A stretch of DNA of 64,000 nt from Clostridia bacterium. Lineage in GTDB: Bacteria > Bacillota > Clostridia > Saccharofermentanales > UBA5734. A program made the translations under genes and the position numbers. The notes under the pieces were generated by a model. It saw only the letters and a program-made list of their open reading frames with translations, did not search any database and had not been told where the DNA came from. The stretch covers positions 9,977 through 73,976 of the forward strand of contig JAXGXR010000001.1 of NCBI GenBank assembly GCA_040772725.1, written 5' to 3'. Positions 36,363 to 45,946 of the stretch are shown in pieces; within the stretch, counting starts at the first letter, position 1; every line of letters begins with the position of its first letter.

Positions 36363-38063
36363 ATGCCGGATCCAATGTCCCGCCTGCCGTTTGCGCGGCT
36401 TCCCTACAAGCGGCCGAATCTGGATGACCTGGTCGCGCAAGGCCGGCGAAGCCGGCTGATCCTTCGGATCGCGCTGAGCCAGCATGCCGCTGAAAACGCG
36501 GTGCTCGATTTTGACGCCGCCCTTACCGGTTTCAAGACAATGGCCGCCATCGCCCACATCCGGCATGACCAGTCGCTGGATGACGCGTTTTATATGCAGG
36601 AACAGGCGTTTTTCGATGAAACGGCAGCCCAGGTGCTGGCTGTCGAGCGACAGTTCAATCAATCACTGCTGAAAAGCCGTCACGCGGCTCACCTGGGCGA
36701 GCGGTTCGGTTCCATGCTGCTGATCCGGGCAGAAAACAGTGATCGCCTGGTCAATGCCAAGGTCCAGAGCCAGATTGCCGAGGAAAACCGTCTGGCCTCC
36801 CGGTATGAAGCCGATCTGGCCGAGCCGGATGTCCGGTTAAACGGCGCGCGTCTGTCGTTGTCCCAGCTCGGTCCTTATCTTCAAAGTCCCGACCGTGATG
36901 TCCGCCGATCGGCACATCTGGCGGTCTCTGACTTCTTCAGTCGGCGAGGTGACCGTTTTGACCAGACCTTCGACCAGCTTGTCAAGCTGCGTGACAGCAT
37001 TGCCCGCGGGCTTGGCTTCCGCCGCTTCACCGAACTGGGATACCGGCGCATGGAACGATTCGATTACGGGCGGGAACAGGTCGAGTCTTTTCGGGAGGCC
37101 ATAGAGCGCTATATTGTGCCCATGACGGTCGAGATCCGCCGATTGCAGCGTCGACGGCTCGGGGTCGACCGGCTGTTCCATTATGACTTGCCCTGCCTGT
37201 TTCCCTTTGGCAACCCTGTCTGCCAGGTCGAGCCAGCCAAAATTGCCCAGACAGCGGAACGCCTGTTTGTCGACCTCTTCGGCCAGGCGCCTTCCTTTTT
37301 CACGAAACTGTCCGACCGGGGATTCCTGGATCTGGTGGCCCGGCCGAACAAGACGGGGGGCGGCTATTGCGAGACCGTCCATGACGCCGGATTGCCATTC
37401 ATCCTGATGAACGCCAGCGATACGCCGCAGGATGTCACGACGCTGATGCACGAGTCCGGCCACGCGTATGCCAGCATGGAAGCGTTTGAAAAAGCCCGTC
37501 TGTCCTTGTGCCACTCGCCCTCACTGGATGTCTGCGAGATCCATTCGACAGCGCTTGAGTATCTGTCCTATCCCCTGATGACGCCATTTTTTGGCGAGGA
37601 CGCGGAAGACTACACGCTGATGCACATGACGGAAAGCCTGCTCTTCTTGCCTTATGCCTGCCAGGTAGACGAATACCAGCACAGGATTTATGACGAACCG
37701 GACCTTCGGGTGGATCAGCGTCACGAAATCTGGCGTGAACTGGAGCGCAAGTACCAGCCGTACCTGGAATACGAGGACGACGAATACTTCGAGGGCGGCC
37801 GGGCCTGGCACAAAAAAGCGCACATTTTCGTCGATCCGTTCTATTATATCGATTACGCCATCGCCCAGGTCTCGGCCATGGAACTCTGGATGATCGCCCA
37901 GGAGGACAAGGACGACGCGATCAGCCGCTATACGACGCTTTGCCGGTCTGGTGGAACCGCTCCGTTTGGCGAACTGCTCCGCTCATCCAACATCAGTTCA
38001 CCGTTTTCTACGGACACGATCAAAAAGATTGCCTACAAGGCCAGCCAGTTTCTGGAGCTCTGA
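36363..38063 (+). CDS. M3B-family oligoendopeptidase (PepF-like)
   Basis: HESGH zinc motif in an M3-type context, ~565 aa. Confidence 0.88.
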   Translation: MPDPMSRLPFARLPYKRPNLDDLVAQGRRSRLILRIALSQHAAENAVLDFDAALTGFKTMAAIAHIRHDQSLDDAFYMQEQAFFDETAAQVLAVERQFNQSLLKSRHAAHLGERFGSMLLIRAENSDRLVNAKVQSQIAEENRLASRYEADLAEPDVRLNGARLSLSQLGPYLQSPDRDVRRSAHLAVSDFFSRRGDRFDQTFDQLVKLRDSIARGLGFRRFTELGYRRMERFDYGREQVESFREAIERYIVPMTVEIRRLQRRRLGVDRLFHYDLPCLFPFGNPVCQVEPAKIAQTAERLFVDLFGQAPSFFTKLSDRGFLDLVARPNKTGGGYCETVHDAGLPFILMNASDTPQDVTTLMHESGHAYASMEAFEKARLSLCHSPSLDVCEIHSTALEYLSYPLMTPFFGEDAEDYTLMHMTESLLFLPYACQVDEYQHRIYDEPDLRVDQRHEIWRELERKYQPYLEYEDDEYFEGGRAWHKKAHIFVDPFYYIDYAIAQVSAMELWMIAQEDKDDAISRYTTLCRSGGTAPFGELLRSSNISSPFSTDTIKKIAYKASQFLEL

Positions 38064-38066
38064 CCG

Positions 38067-39563
38067 GTGAAGCTGCCTGAACGATTCCTCGAATCCATCC
38101 ATGATCTGCTGACGCTGGACGGTTTCCCCGATGAAACAGCGGCGTTTGCCAGCGCCCTGGAACAACCATCGGTCCGTGGATTGAGAGCCAATCGCCTGCG
38201 GGTCAAGGATCGCCGGACGCTGAATGACGTCCTGTCCCGAAGCCTTGACCTGACCGCTCCGCTCGAACCGGTTCCCTGGACGCCAGACGGACTATATTAT
38301 GACGCGTCCTATTCACCGGCCACACTGACGGCTTATCACGCTGGCCTGTTCTACATCCAGGAACCGAGCGCCATGCTTCCGGCCCAGCTGCTGGACACAC
38401 AGCCCGGAGAATGGGTCCTCGACCTGTGCGCCGCCCCGGGCGGAAAATCCTGCCGGATTGCCGCCGATCTGCAGGGGGAGGGCCTGCTCTGGGCCAACGA
38501 TGTGTCGTCGGACCGGATCCGGCCATTGATCCGCAATCTTGAACTGATGGGTTGTGCCAACGCCGTTGTCAGTGTCGAAACGCCAGAGCGGCTGGCCCAT
38601 GCCATGCCGGGCTGGTTTGACCGGGTCCTGGTGGACGCGCCCTGCTCAGGCGCCGGCATGCTGCGACGGGACAATCGCGCGCTTGCGGGGTCGGACGGAT
38701 CCTCACCGATGGACTATGTCGCCGTGCAGAGCGACATCCTCGATCATGCCGACCATCTCCTCAGACCGGGCGGGATCCTCGTCTACTCCACCTGCACATT
38801 TGCCATGGCGGAAAATGAAGGGCAAATCGCCGATTTCCTGAACAAGCACCCGGACTACACCTTGCGACCCATTCCTGCCGGTCCGGGCCTGTCTCCCGGT
38901 CTGCCCGTGGCGGACCTGGGCCGGGTCGGGGTCCGGATCTGGCCGCACCGGACGGCGGGCGACGGCCATTTCTGTGCGGTGCTCGTGAAAAATGCTCCGT
39001 CTGGCCTGACCCGACCGATCGCGAAAAAAGGCTCGAATGCGCCCGTGTCCCTGTCAGGCCTTCTGGAACAGCCGCCGGAAGCCTATCGACAATTCATCCT
39101 GAGCACGCTGACACCAGCCGGCCAGGACCGACTGGAGCGGCTTTCACCCTGGTTACGACTGCATGAAGGGCACTTGCATGGTTTGCCTTCGCCCGACATT
39201 CCCGCCCGTGGCCTGAGACTGGTCAAGACGGGACTTTACCTGGGCGACATCCGGGAGCCGGCGCGTCGCGAGAGCCGACCCATGAAAAAGAATTTTCGTG
39301 CGACGTTCACGCCTTCCCATGCCTTGTCTCATGTGCTGGAACCGGATGACCTCAATCACACCATTTCCTATCCCATGGAATCGATCCAGGCTGCCCGCTT
39401 TATCCGTGGGGAGACATTGACCGGAACCAACCAAGACGAACACATCCCATCCGGTGCGTATGTGGGCATCGCCGCCGATCGATACCTGCTCGGTTTCGCG
39501 CGTCAGATGCCGGAGGGACACCTGAAAAACCTGTATCCGCCAGCGTGGCGCAAACTGAGCTGA
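38067..39563 (+). CDS. NOL1/NOP2/Sun-family RNA m5C methyltransferase (RsmF/RsmB-like)
   Basis: DLCAAPGGKS SAM motif and the catalytic cysteines in DAPCSGAGM and YSTCT. GTG start. Confidence 0.85.
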   Translation: MKLPERFLESIHDLLTLDGFPDETAAFASALEQPSVRGLRANRLRVKDRRTLNDVLSRSLDLTAPLEPVPWTPDGLYYDASYSPATLTAYHAGLFYIQEPSAMLPAQLLDTQPGEWVLDLCAAPGGKSCRIAADLQGEGLLWANDVSSDRIRPLIRNLELMGCANAVVSVETPERLAHAMPGWFDRVLVDAPCSGAGMLRRDNRALAGSDGSSPMDYVAVQSDILDHADHLLRPGGILVYSTCTFAMAENEGQIADFLNKHPDYTLRPIPAGPGLSPGLPVADLGRVGVRIWPHRTAGDGHFCAVLVKNAPSGLTRPIAKKGSNAPVSLSGLLEQPPEAYRQFILSTLTPAGQDRLERLSPWLRLHEGHLHGLPSPDIPARGLRLVKTGLYLGDIREPARRESRPMKKNFRATFTPSHALSHVLEPDDLNHTISYPMESIQAARFIRGETLTGTNQDEHIPSGAYVGIAADRYLLGFARQMPEGHLKNLYPPAWRKLS

Positions 39564-39613
39564 ATGCCGATACCATGATGATGTTCTAATTGATGACACG
39601 AGGTGCGACAGAC

Positions 39614-40198
39614 ATGAAACTGATCCTGGCCACGAGAAATCATGACAAAATATCGGAAATCGCGGATATCCTGTCTCTTTCCCGTTCGGATGTCCTGACG
39701 ATGGATGAAGCCGGCTTCACGGACGAAATCGATGAAAATGGCGCCACTTTCGAAGAAAACGCGCTGATCAAGGCCCGGACCGTCCATCAGGTCACGGGCG
39801 GCCATGTCCTGGCTGACGATTCCGGCCTGGCGATCGATGTGCTGGATGGCGCGCCCGGCATCTACTCGGCTCGCTTTGCCGGTGAAAACGCGGGCTATCC
39901 GGAAAAGTTCAAACGGATGTATGAACTGCTTGAGCCGTATGCCCCGCAAACCTGGACCTGTCATTTCATCTGCGTCATCGCCCTGATCCGTCCGGATGGC
40001 ACGGAACTGACCGTTCGCGGTGAGGTTGACGGGATGATTTCATCGACGGCCAGCGGTACGAACGGGTTTGGCTATGACCCGATTTTCTATCTGCCGGAGC
40101 GTGGCTTGTCGATGGCCGAGCTCGATCCGGACGAAAAAAACCGGATCAGTCACCGCGGCCAGGCACTCATGCGGTTGAAGGAACAGTGGTCGTGGTGA
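39614..40198 (+). CDS. rdgB: RdgB/HAM1-family XTP/dITP diphosphatase
   Basis: KLILATRNHDKISE, FGYDPIF and SHRGQA motifs. Start at the ATG at 39614, which has a GAGGTG SD. Confidence 0.9.
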   Translation: MKLILATRNHDKISEIADILSLSRSDVLTMDEAGFTDEIDENGATFEENALIKARTVHQVTGGHVLADDSGLAIDVLDGAPGIYSARFAGENAGYPEKFKRMYELLEPYAPQTWTCHFICVIALIRPDGTELTVRGEVDGMISSTASGTNGFGYDPIFYLPERGLSMAELDPDEKNRISHRGQALMRLKEQWSW

Positions 40199-40767
40199 AC
40201 CGACCGGACAGTCGGGGAATCGAATGGGAGCACCTGGCCATCGCTCAGTCCCTGCGCGTGCTCGTCCTGTCAGACACGCATGGCAGTCTTGGCCTGCTCA
40301 AGACCGCCGTCACCGATCTGGCACCCCTTGACCTGATCCTGCACCTCGGTGACCATTCCGCCCCCTATCCCGGGCTGACTGACCTCACCACCGTTCCGGT
40401 CCTTGCGGTCGCCGGCAACTGTGACGGTGAACACGGCCGCGACCTGCCTGAATCCATGCGGTTGAAACTGGCCGGTCGAAGCGTGTTCATGACACACGGC
40501 CATCGGTTTTCGGTCAAGCAGACACTGGACCGCCTGGCGATCGCGGCTGCGCAGCCGCCGGTCGCGGCTGACCTCATCCTGTTCGGCCATACGCATCAAT
40601 ACCTTGATCAGGTCCGGATGACCGTCTCCGGACACCCCTTCCGGATGCTGAACCCCGGATCCGCCAGCCAATCGTTTTTCCAGAGAAATCCTTCTCTGGC
40701 GCTTGTCCTGTTCGCTCCTGCATCCATCCAGGTTTTTCGATACCCTTCTGGTGTTTTCAAGGCTTGA
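40186..40767 (+). CDS. YfcE/MJ0936-family metallophosphoesterase
   Basis: LSDTHG, GDH, GNCD, THGH and GHTH motifs. GTG start overlapping the end of rdgB; the exact start is uncertain. Confidence 0.8.
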   Translation: MVVVNRPDSRGIEWEHLAIAQSLRVLVLSDTHGSLGLLKTAVTDLAPLDLILHLGDHSAPYPGLTDLTTVPVLAVAGNCDGEHGRDLPESMRLKLAGRSVFMTHGHRFSVKQTLDRLAIAAAQPPVAADLILFGHTHQYLDQVRMTVSGHPFRMLNPGSASQSFFQRNPSLALVLFAPASIQVFRYPSGVFKA

Positions 40768-40793
40768 CCCTCCGGGCAGACCCGTGATATATT
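40764..40793 (+). promoter_or_regulatory. candidate promoter of the ACT-domain/hom operon, overlapped by a 7-bp inverted repeat
   Basis: TTGACC (40764-69), 18-nt spacer, TATATT (40788-93). CCGTGAT (40782-88) and ATCACGG (40798-804) flank the -10. Confidence 0.45.
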
Positions 40794-40858
40794 ATCCATC
40801 ACGGACGGATGTTCGCACAGGGCGGACAAATGCCGCGATTCACACGAGGAGGAGCCGG

Positions 40859-41299
40859 ATGCCGGATTCCGAGTATTTTCTGGTCAAATCAGACATGCTG
40901 CCTGAGGTCTTCCTCAAGGTGATGCAGGTGAAGCGTCTGCTCAGTTCGGGCAAGGCCAACTCGGTCAATGAAGCGGTCCAGCGGATCGGATTGTCCCGCA
41001 GTGCCTATTACAAGTACAAGGACGCGGTCCTGCCATTTTACGAGTCCTCAAAGGGGCGGATGGTCACCTTGATTTTCGCGGTGGAAAACTTCCCCGGGAT
41101 CCTGTCCGGCATCATCAATTGCATGGCCCGAGTCAAAGCCAATATCCTGACCATCAATCAGAACATCCCGATCAATGGGCTGGCCGATGTATCCATCTCG
41201 CTGGAGACAGACCGGATGACGGTGACATTGGAGGCCCTGGTCGATGAACTTGGACGGATCCCCGGTGTCAGGACCCATCAGATCCTGGCTCGGGATTAA
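40859..41299 (+). CDS. ACT-domain protein (UPF0735/PheB-like)
   Basis: N-terminal helical segment plus a C-terminal ACT domain (MVTLIFAVENFPGILSGII). GAGGAGG SD. Confidence 0.8.
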   Translation: MPDSEYFLVKSDMLPEVFLKVMQVKRLLSSGKANSVNEAVQRIGLSRSAYYKYKDAVLPFYESSKGRMVTLIFAVENFPGILSGIINCMARVKANILTINQNIPINGLADVSISLETDRMTVTLEALVDELGRIPGVRTHQILARD

Positions 41300-41312
41300 G
41301 GAGGAGAAGAAC

Positions 41313-42545
41313 ATGATTTCAATCGCCATTTTCGGGTACGGTGTCGTCGGGTCAGGCGTGGCAGAAGTCTGCCGCATGAACGCGACTGTCATCCGCGAGC
41401 GCGTCGGCCGTGGCATCGATATCCGCTACATTCTTGATATTCGCGAATTTCCGGATGACCCGCTGGCCGACCGATTCACCAAGGATCCGGAACAGGTCCT
41501 GAAAGATCCGGATGTGTCCATAGTTGTCGAGACGATCGGCGGAGTCGGTTTCGCCTATGAAATGACAAAGCGGGCGCTCTCGGCCGGCAAGCATGTGGTC
41601 ACATCCAACAAGGAACTGGTCGCCAGGCACGGACCGGAACTGATGCGCCTGGCCCAGGCGCACAAGGTGAATTACCTGTTCGAGGCCAGTGTCGGCGGCG
41701 GCATCCCGATTATCCGACCACTGCACAAATGCCTCGCGGCCAATGTGATCAATCGCATCGTCGGCATTCTGAACGGGACGACGAACTATATCCTCACACG
41801 CATGGAAGAGGACGGTGTCGATTTTGACGAGGCGCTTCGGGAAGCGCAGGCCAAGGGCTACGCGGAGCAGAATCCGGCCGCAGATGTGGAAGGCAAGGAC
41901 GCTTGCCGCAAGATCGCCATTTTGTCCAGTATCACGCTGGGGGAATACGTTGATTCGGAAAAGATCCATACGGAGGGTATCACTTCGGTCACAAGCCGTG
42001 ACATGTCCTACGCGCGGGCGTTGCGCCGCAAACTCAAACTGCTTGGCACCTACCGTCGTGTCAATGGCGACCACGCACAAGTGATGGTGGCACCCATGCT
42101 GATCGACAAGCATCATCCGGTGGCTGTCGCCAGTGATGTCTTCAACGCGATCGAACTGGAGGGCAACGCGCTCGGCAGCGCCATGTTCTACGGTCAGGGG
42201 GCGGGCCGCATGCCGACAGCCAGCGCGGTAGTCGCGGATGTCATCGAGTGCGCGCTCCACCTGGACAAAGTGCCGCACATGATTTCCTGGCAGGACAATG
42301 GCCGGGACATCCTGATCGCCCATGATGACAGTCCGGTCCAGATGCTGCTGCGTGTTGACGGACACGCCCAGCTGCCTGTGATCGAGTCTTTTTTCTCGCC
42401 TTATGGTGTCCGCAGGCTTGAGAAACTGTTCAATGATGAAGAGGCTCTCCTGGTCGGATTGGACGGCAATCTGACCGAAGGGATGCTGGAGCATCTGATC
42501 CAGCCCTTCCTGAACGACCTGAAGGGAAGAATCCGTCTGTACTGA
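41313..42545 (+). CDS. hom: homoserine dehydrogenase
   Basis: GYGVVGSGV Rossmann motif, NGTTNYIL, and a C-terminal ACT-like regulatory domain. AAGGAGG SD. Confidence 0.93.
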   Translation: MISIAIFGYGVVGSGVAEVCRMNATVIRERVGRGIDIRYILDIREFPDDPLADRFTKDPEQVLKDPDVSIVVETIGGVGFAYEMTKRALSAGKHVVTSNKELVARHGPELMRLAQAHKVNYLFEASVGGGIPIIRPLHKCLAANVINRIVGILNGTTNYILTRMEEDGVDFDEALREAQAKGYAEQNPAADVEGKDACRKIAILSSITLGEYVDSEKIHTEGITSVTSRDMSYARALRRKLKLLGTYRRVNGDHAQVMVAPMLIDKHHPVAVASDVFNAIELEGNALGSAMFYGQGAGRMPTASAVVADVIECALHLDKVPHMISWQDNGRDILIAHDDSPVQMLLRVDGHAQLPVIESFFSPYGVRRLEKLFNDEEALLVGLDGNLTEGMLEHLIQPFLNDLKGRIRLY

Positions 42546-42571
42546 AACCCGGCACGATCAAGAACATGAAG

Positions 42572-42597
42572 AAGGGGGCGTCTGCGGACGCCCCCTT
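42572..42597. terminator. shared hairpin between the convergent hom and glutamine synthetase genes
   Basis: An 11-bp GC-rich stem AAGGGGGCGTC/GACGCCCCCTT with a 4-nt loop. The U-runs on both sides are weak. Confidence 0.6.
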
Positions 42598-42632
42598 TGG
42601 TGTGTGTTCAAGTGACAGATGGACAGGGAAGG

Positions 42633-44537
42633 TCAGATCTGGTTCTGATGATATTCCAGGTAGAGTTTCTCCAGTTTGCGCATCAACGCATCCATCTGGA
42701 TCTGCAGTTCAGACACTCGTTTCAGGTTTCTTTCAGACAGTGATTTGCGTATCTCGCTGAACAGGGAGATCCGGTCGACGGTCGTGACCGCAAGTGTCTG
42801 GCGGATGTCGTCGATCCGTTCCCAAAGGGTGTCATCATATTCATTGTCTTCATGGAGAAACATGCATTGCCGGATCCGTTCCAGATTGGTGTGGATGATC
42901 CGTTCTGCAAGCTCCATCTCCCAGGTGTCCAGCATGGCCCGGGCATAGGAGGAGATGATCGCGTCGGTGAAGACATCCCCGGCACACAGCATGTCCTGCC
43001 CATCGGAATGGTTCAGGAGCCGGCGCAGCGTCTCGAAGACGGTCGAGGGCGGTTTGCCGAACAGCCGGTCACGTTCAGCGTCCGTGTAGTCGATGAAGAT
43101 GTCGTCCTCACTGCGGTACATCCGGTCCTGGTGCAGGTAGACCGCCGGATCGCCTGCGTTTTTGCAGAACTCCCGCTCCAGTTCCTTGCTGTCGCGCAGG
43201 GCATTGTGCTTGATGCCGTCCAGCATCGCCTGGAAAATGGCCGCCAGTGCGATGTAGGTGTTGGTGTGCGGGTTGGGCGAACGGACTTCAAACCGGGTTG
43301 ACATCGGAGAGTCGGCACTGCGGATCAGGCCGACCAGAACGGTCCGGTTGCGAGAGGAGGTGCCGAGGTCGCGGCCGATCGAGGCGACCGTGTGCGTCGG
43401 AGCCTCGAAACCGGGCTTGAGACGGTTGAAGGCATCATTGGAGACGGTGATGAATGATCCGACCGTGTCGTAGTGCTTCATGAACCCCATCAGGGCGCCC
43501 CAGCCGATGCTGTTGAGGAAATCCCTGTCAAAATCGGCAGGGGAGAACAGGTTGACCCGACGGCCGTTCTTCAGGTGGGCTGTCGCGTTGACATGCACGT
43601 GCTCGCCGCTGCCTGCGACCCCCTCCATCGGCTTGGCCAGGAAAGAAGCCTCCAGTCCGTGCAGGCGAAACACCTCTTTGATGAAAATGCGGGCAAACAA
43701 CTCATTGTCACCGGCCTGCATGGAAGTGGAAAACCTCCAGTCAATCTCAAGCTGCTCCATGATGTGGTCGAGACTGCCGCTGCCGGTCAGATGCGCCTTG
43801 ACGCCGCCCACTTCCTTGTGGCCCATTTCGGGATTGAAGCCATATCGCTCCAGCAGCATGATCGACCGTTCCAGTGCCGTGCGGACCATGCCCTTGGTGC
43901 GCTTCCAGTACTGTTCCTTGAGACCCTGCGAGACGGACAACTGCTCACGGTTGACATCGGTGTCCGGCGTGCGGACCCAGAATTCAAGCTCAGTCGCGCT
44001 TGTCAGGGTGATCTTGTCGATTTCATCCTGCTCAAAGCCCCACTGAGCGCACAGCTCGGGATGTTCAGCGAACAAGGCTTTCAGTTCCGAGTCGAACCGG
44101 TCGATCGCCCGTTTGAGCAATGAACGCGAGCAGACCAGGGAATGGTTGTGCGACAGGAAGGAAGGGATCCGGAGGGTGCCGCAAGGCCGGCCCGTTTTCG
44201 CATCGATATTCTCATAATTGTAATCGACATACCAGTTGACTTCCGTGTCGGCCAGCAAGTCGACCTTGCCATCGTTGAGTTTCGCGATCCCGGGCAGGAC
44301 AACCGAGGATCCGTCTGTCTGGACGCCGCCGTGCAGGTAGTCATCGATATGCTCGAGAAACAGGCTCACGGGAATTTTTTCGTCTGTGTCGTTGCCGGCC
44401 AGGTCAATGCCTGCCAGGGAGACAAAGCATACTTCAGGATGATTGCCCAGGATCTGCCGGATGGTTTCCGGGTCATGGCTTTCCTTGGGCATCACATAAA
44501 GCAGGTCGGGCCTGATGGTGAAATTTTCTGAAAACAT
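42633..44537 (-). CDS. glutamine synthetase, large (~630 aa) clostridial/type III-like form
   Basis: GS catalytic motifs: NPEMGHKEVGG, KPMEGVAGSGEHVHVN, RLKPGFEAP and NRTVLVGLIR...RFEVRSPNPHTNTYIALAA. GAGGAA SD. Confidence 0.85.
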   Translation of the reverse strand: MFSENFTIRPDLLYVMPKESHDPETIRQILGNHPEVCFVSLAGIDLAGNDTDEKIPVSLFLEHIDDYLHGGVQTDGSSVVLPGIAKLNDGKVDLLADTEVNWYVDYNYENIDAKTGRPCGTLRIPSFLSHNHSLVCSRSLLKRAIDRFDSELKALFAEHPELCAQWGFEQDEIDKITLTSATELEFWVRTPDTDVNREQLSVSQGLKEQYWKRTKGMVRTALERSIMLLERYGFNPEMGHKEVGGVKAHLTGSGSLDHIMEQLEIDWRFSTSMQAGDNELFARIFIKEVFRLHGLEASFLAKPMEGVAGSGEHVHVNATAHLKNGRRVNLFSPADFDRDFLNSIGWGALMGFMKHYDTVGSFITVSNDAFNRLKPGFEAPTHTVASIGRDLGTSSRNRTVLVGLIRSADSPMSTRFEVRSPNPHTNTYIALAAIFQAMLDGIKHNALRDSKELEREFCKNAGDPAVYLHQDRMYRSEDDIFIDYTDAERDRLFGKPPSTVFETLRRLLNHSDGQDMLCAGDVFTDAIISSYARAMLDTWEMELAERIIHTNLERIRQCMFLHEDNEYDDTLWERIDDIRQTLAVTTVDRISLFSEIRKSLSERNLKRVSELQIQMDALMRKLEKLYLEYHQNQI

Positions 44538-44622
44538 GATTGTTCCTCACAGGATGGACAGCCTGGTTCCAAGGCCGGCCGGCTCGACATGAAGGGACAG
44601 GACATGGCTTGATGACAGATTC

Positions 44623-44650
44623 ATTCTAACGGAAATCAACCGAGCGTCAA
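44623..44650 (-). promoter_or_regulatory. promoter of the glutamine synthetase gene
   Basis: Minus strand: TTGACG (44645-50), 16-nt spacer, TAGAAT (44623-28). Confidence 0.5.
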
Positions 44651-44664
44651 GGGGAGGGCTTTTG

Positions 44665-44703
44665 CATAAAAAAGCGGAAGGACTGTCCGAGGACAGCCCT
44701 TCC
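44665..44703 (-). terminator. intrinsic terminator of the zinc-ribbon gene
   Basis: Minus strand: 13-bp stem GGAAGGGCTGTCC/GGACAGTCCTTCC (44676-44703), followed by a U-run. Confidence 0.85.
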
Positions 44704-44730
44704 GGTCTGGTGCGTATGTACGGTCAAGAA

Positions 44731-44907
44731 TCAGAAACGGTTCTGATAACCATCCTGCTGGCGCCTTGAGTTCTTCCGGGCTTTGCGGCACTCAGGGCAA
44801 CGGACGGGATCATTTTCGAAACCCTTCTCCTTGTAGAACGCCTGCTCCCCCTCGGTGAACGCGAACTCCGCGCCACAATCCTTACAAACGATCATCTTGT
44901 CGGGCAT
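44731..44907 (-). CDS. small zinc-ribbon protein (CxxC...CxxC)
   Basis: CKDCG and CPECR pairs with a basic C-terminus. Start at 44905-07, which has a GGAGG SD 7 nt upstream. Confidence 0.75.
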   Translation of the reverse strand: MPDKMIVCKDCGAEFAFTEGEQAFYKEKGFENDPVRCPECRKARKNSRRQQDGYQNRF

Positions 44908-45021
44908 AACCATACCTCCAATAAATTTCCGGACAGAGCATTGTCAAATGTTACCTTGACTAATCGGAGGCATGAAGACCTTCTCTTAGATGGGGTTTAA
45001 GGACAGTGCATTCTTGATCCG

Positions 45022-45051
45022 TTGCGGAAATCATAGCACAACTGATATAAT
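45022..45051 (+). promoter_or_regulatory. promoter of the DRTGG/HydS-like operon
   Basis: TTGCGG (45022-27), 18-nt spacer, TATAAT (45046-51). Confidence 0.5.
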
Positions 45052-45117
45052 CATTTCAAGTACAAACGAACTGAACGCGTGCGAAAATTTGGATAGGTTG
45101 AACAAAAAAATACGAAA

Positions 45118-45483
45118 ATGAGGGCTTTGCCTATGAAATTGATCGATTGCGTTGGTTTGCTGAAGGCAGAAGTGCTCGTTCCTGCCGATGACATGGACAT
45201 GGATATCAGGGTGGCTTGCGGAGCAGACCTGATGAGCGATGTCATGGCCTTTGCCTGCACGAACAACGAAATGCTGCTGACCGGGCTGGTCAATCCTCAG
45301 ACAATCCGGACGGCCGAGATGATGGATGTCAAGGTGATTGTGTTTGTTCGCGGCAAGACACCGCCGGAAAACATGGTGCGGCTGGCCAGTGAAAAAAGCA
45401 TCTGTGTCCTGTCTACGACCTTTCCCATGTTCACAGCCTGCGGTCTTCTCTACAATTCCGGGATCAAGGGCAAGGGGGAGTGA
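45118..45483 (+). CDS. DRTGG-domain protein (copy 1)
   Basis: ~120 aa with LLTGLVNPQTIRTAEMMD and VIVFVRGK patterns typical of DRTGG domains. An alternative start is at 45133. Confidence 0.8.
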   Translation: MRALPMKLIDCVGLLKAEVLVPADDMDMDIRVACGADLMSDVMAFACTNNEMLLTGLVNPQTIRTAEMMDVKVIVFVRGKTPPENMVRLASEKSICVLSTTFPMFTACGLLYNSGIKGKGE

Positions 45484-45486
45484 CTT

Positions 45487-45909
45487 ATCGACCCTGTCAA
45501 GCTTGATTTCGTCATTCGCGGTCAGGATTTCGTCAATGCCGGCGAAGCATCGAGCGGCACAAAAAAGGCACTGATGCGTCTCGGCGTTCCGCCGGCTGCC
45601 GTCAAACGGGCCGCCATCGCCATGTATGAAGCGGAAATCAACGCAGTCATCCACGCCAATGGCGGTCATGCGGAAGTTGAGATATTCAGCGACCATGTCG
45701 AGATCTGCATCAAGGACAACGGCCCGGGCATCCCCAATGTCGAGCTGGCCATGCAGGCCGGTTGGTCCACGGCGCCCGACATCGCGAGGGAAATGGGTTT
45801 TGGCGCCGGCATGGGCCTGCCGAACATCAAGAAAAATTCCGACAGTCTGAAAATCGAGACAGAAGTCGGACACGGGACAACCGTGCGCATCGAAATCGTC
45901 TTCCGATGA
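45487..45909 (+). CDS. RsbW/SpoIIAB-like serine kinase-type ATPase (HATPase_c_2), start codon unresolved
   Basis: AMYEAEINAVIHA, DNGPGI and GFGAGMGLPNIKK ATP-lid motifs. The first ATG is 45574, but the family-typical N-terminus (IRGQDFVNAGEASSGTKKAL) is encoded from 45484, directly after the in-frame TGA of the upstream gene. A GGGGGAG SD lies at 45474-80, and 45487 is an ATC codon. Confidence 0.6.
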   Translation: MDPVKLDFVIRGQDFVNAGEASSGTKKALMRLGVPPAAVKRAAIAMYEAEINAVIHANGGHAEVEIFSDHVEICIKDNGPGIPNVELAMQAGWSTAPDIAREMGFGAGMGLPNIKKNSDSLKIETEVGHGTTVRIEIVFR

Positions 45910-45946
45910 ACGCTTGTCCTCCTTTCCGTCCAGGAGGTTTCACATT

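Noticed and set aside
45481-45483. Selenocysteine or an alternative genetic code as an explanation for the in-frame TGA between DRTGG-1 and the kinase-like gene.
   Set aside because: TGA is used as an ordinary stop by many well-supported genes in this window (the helicase, ppx, rdgB, purD and others). The position is a domain boundary rather than a redox site. I see no SECIS-like hairpin immediately downstream.
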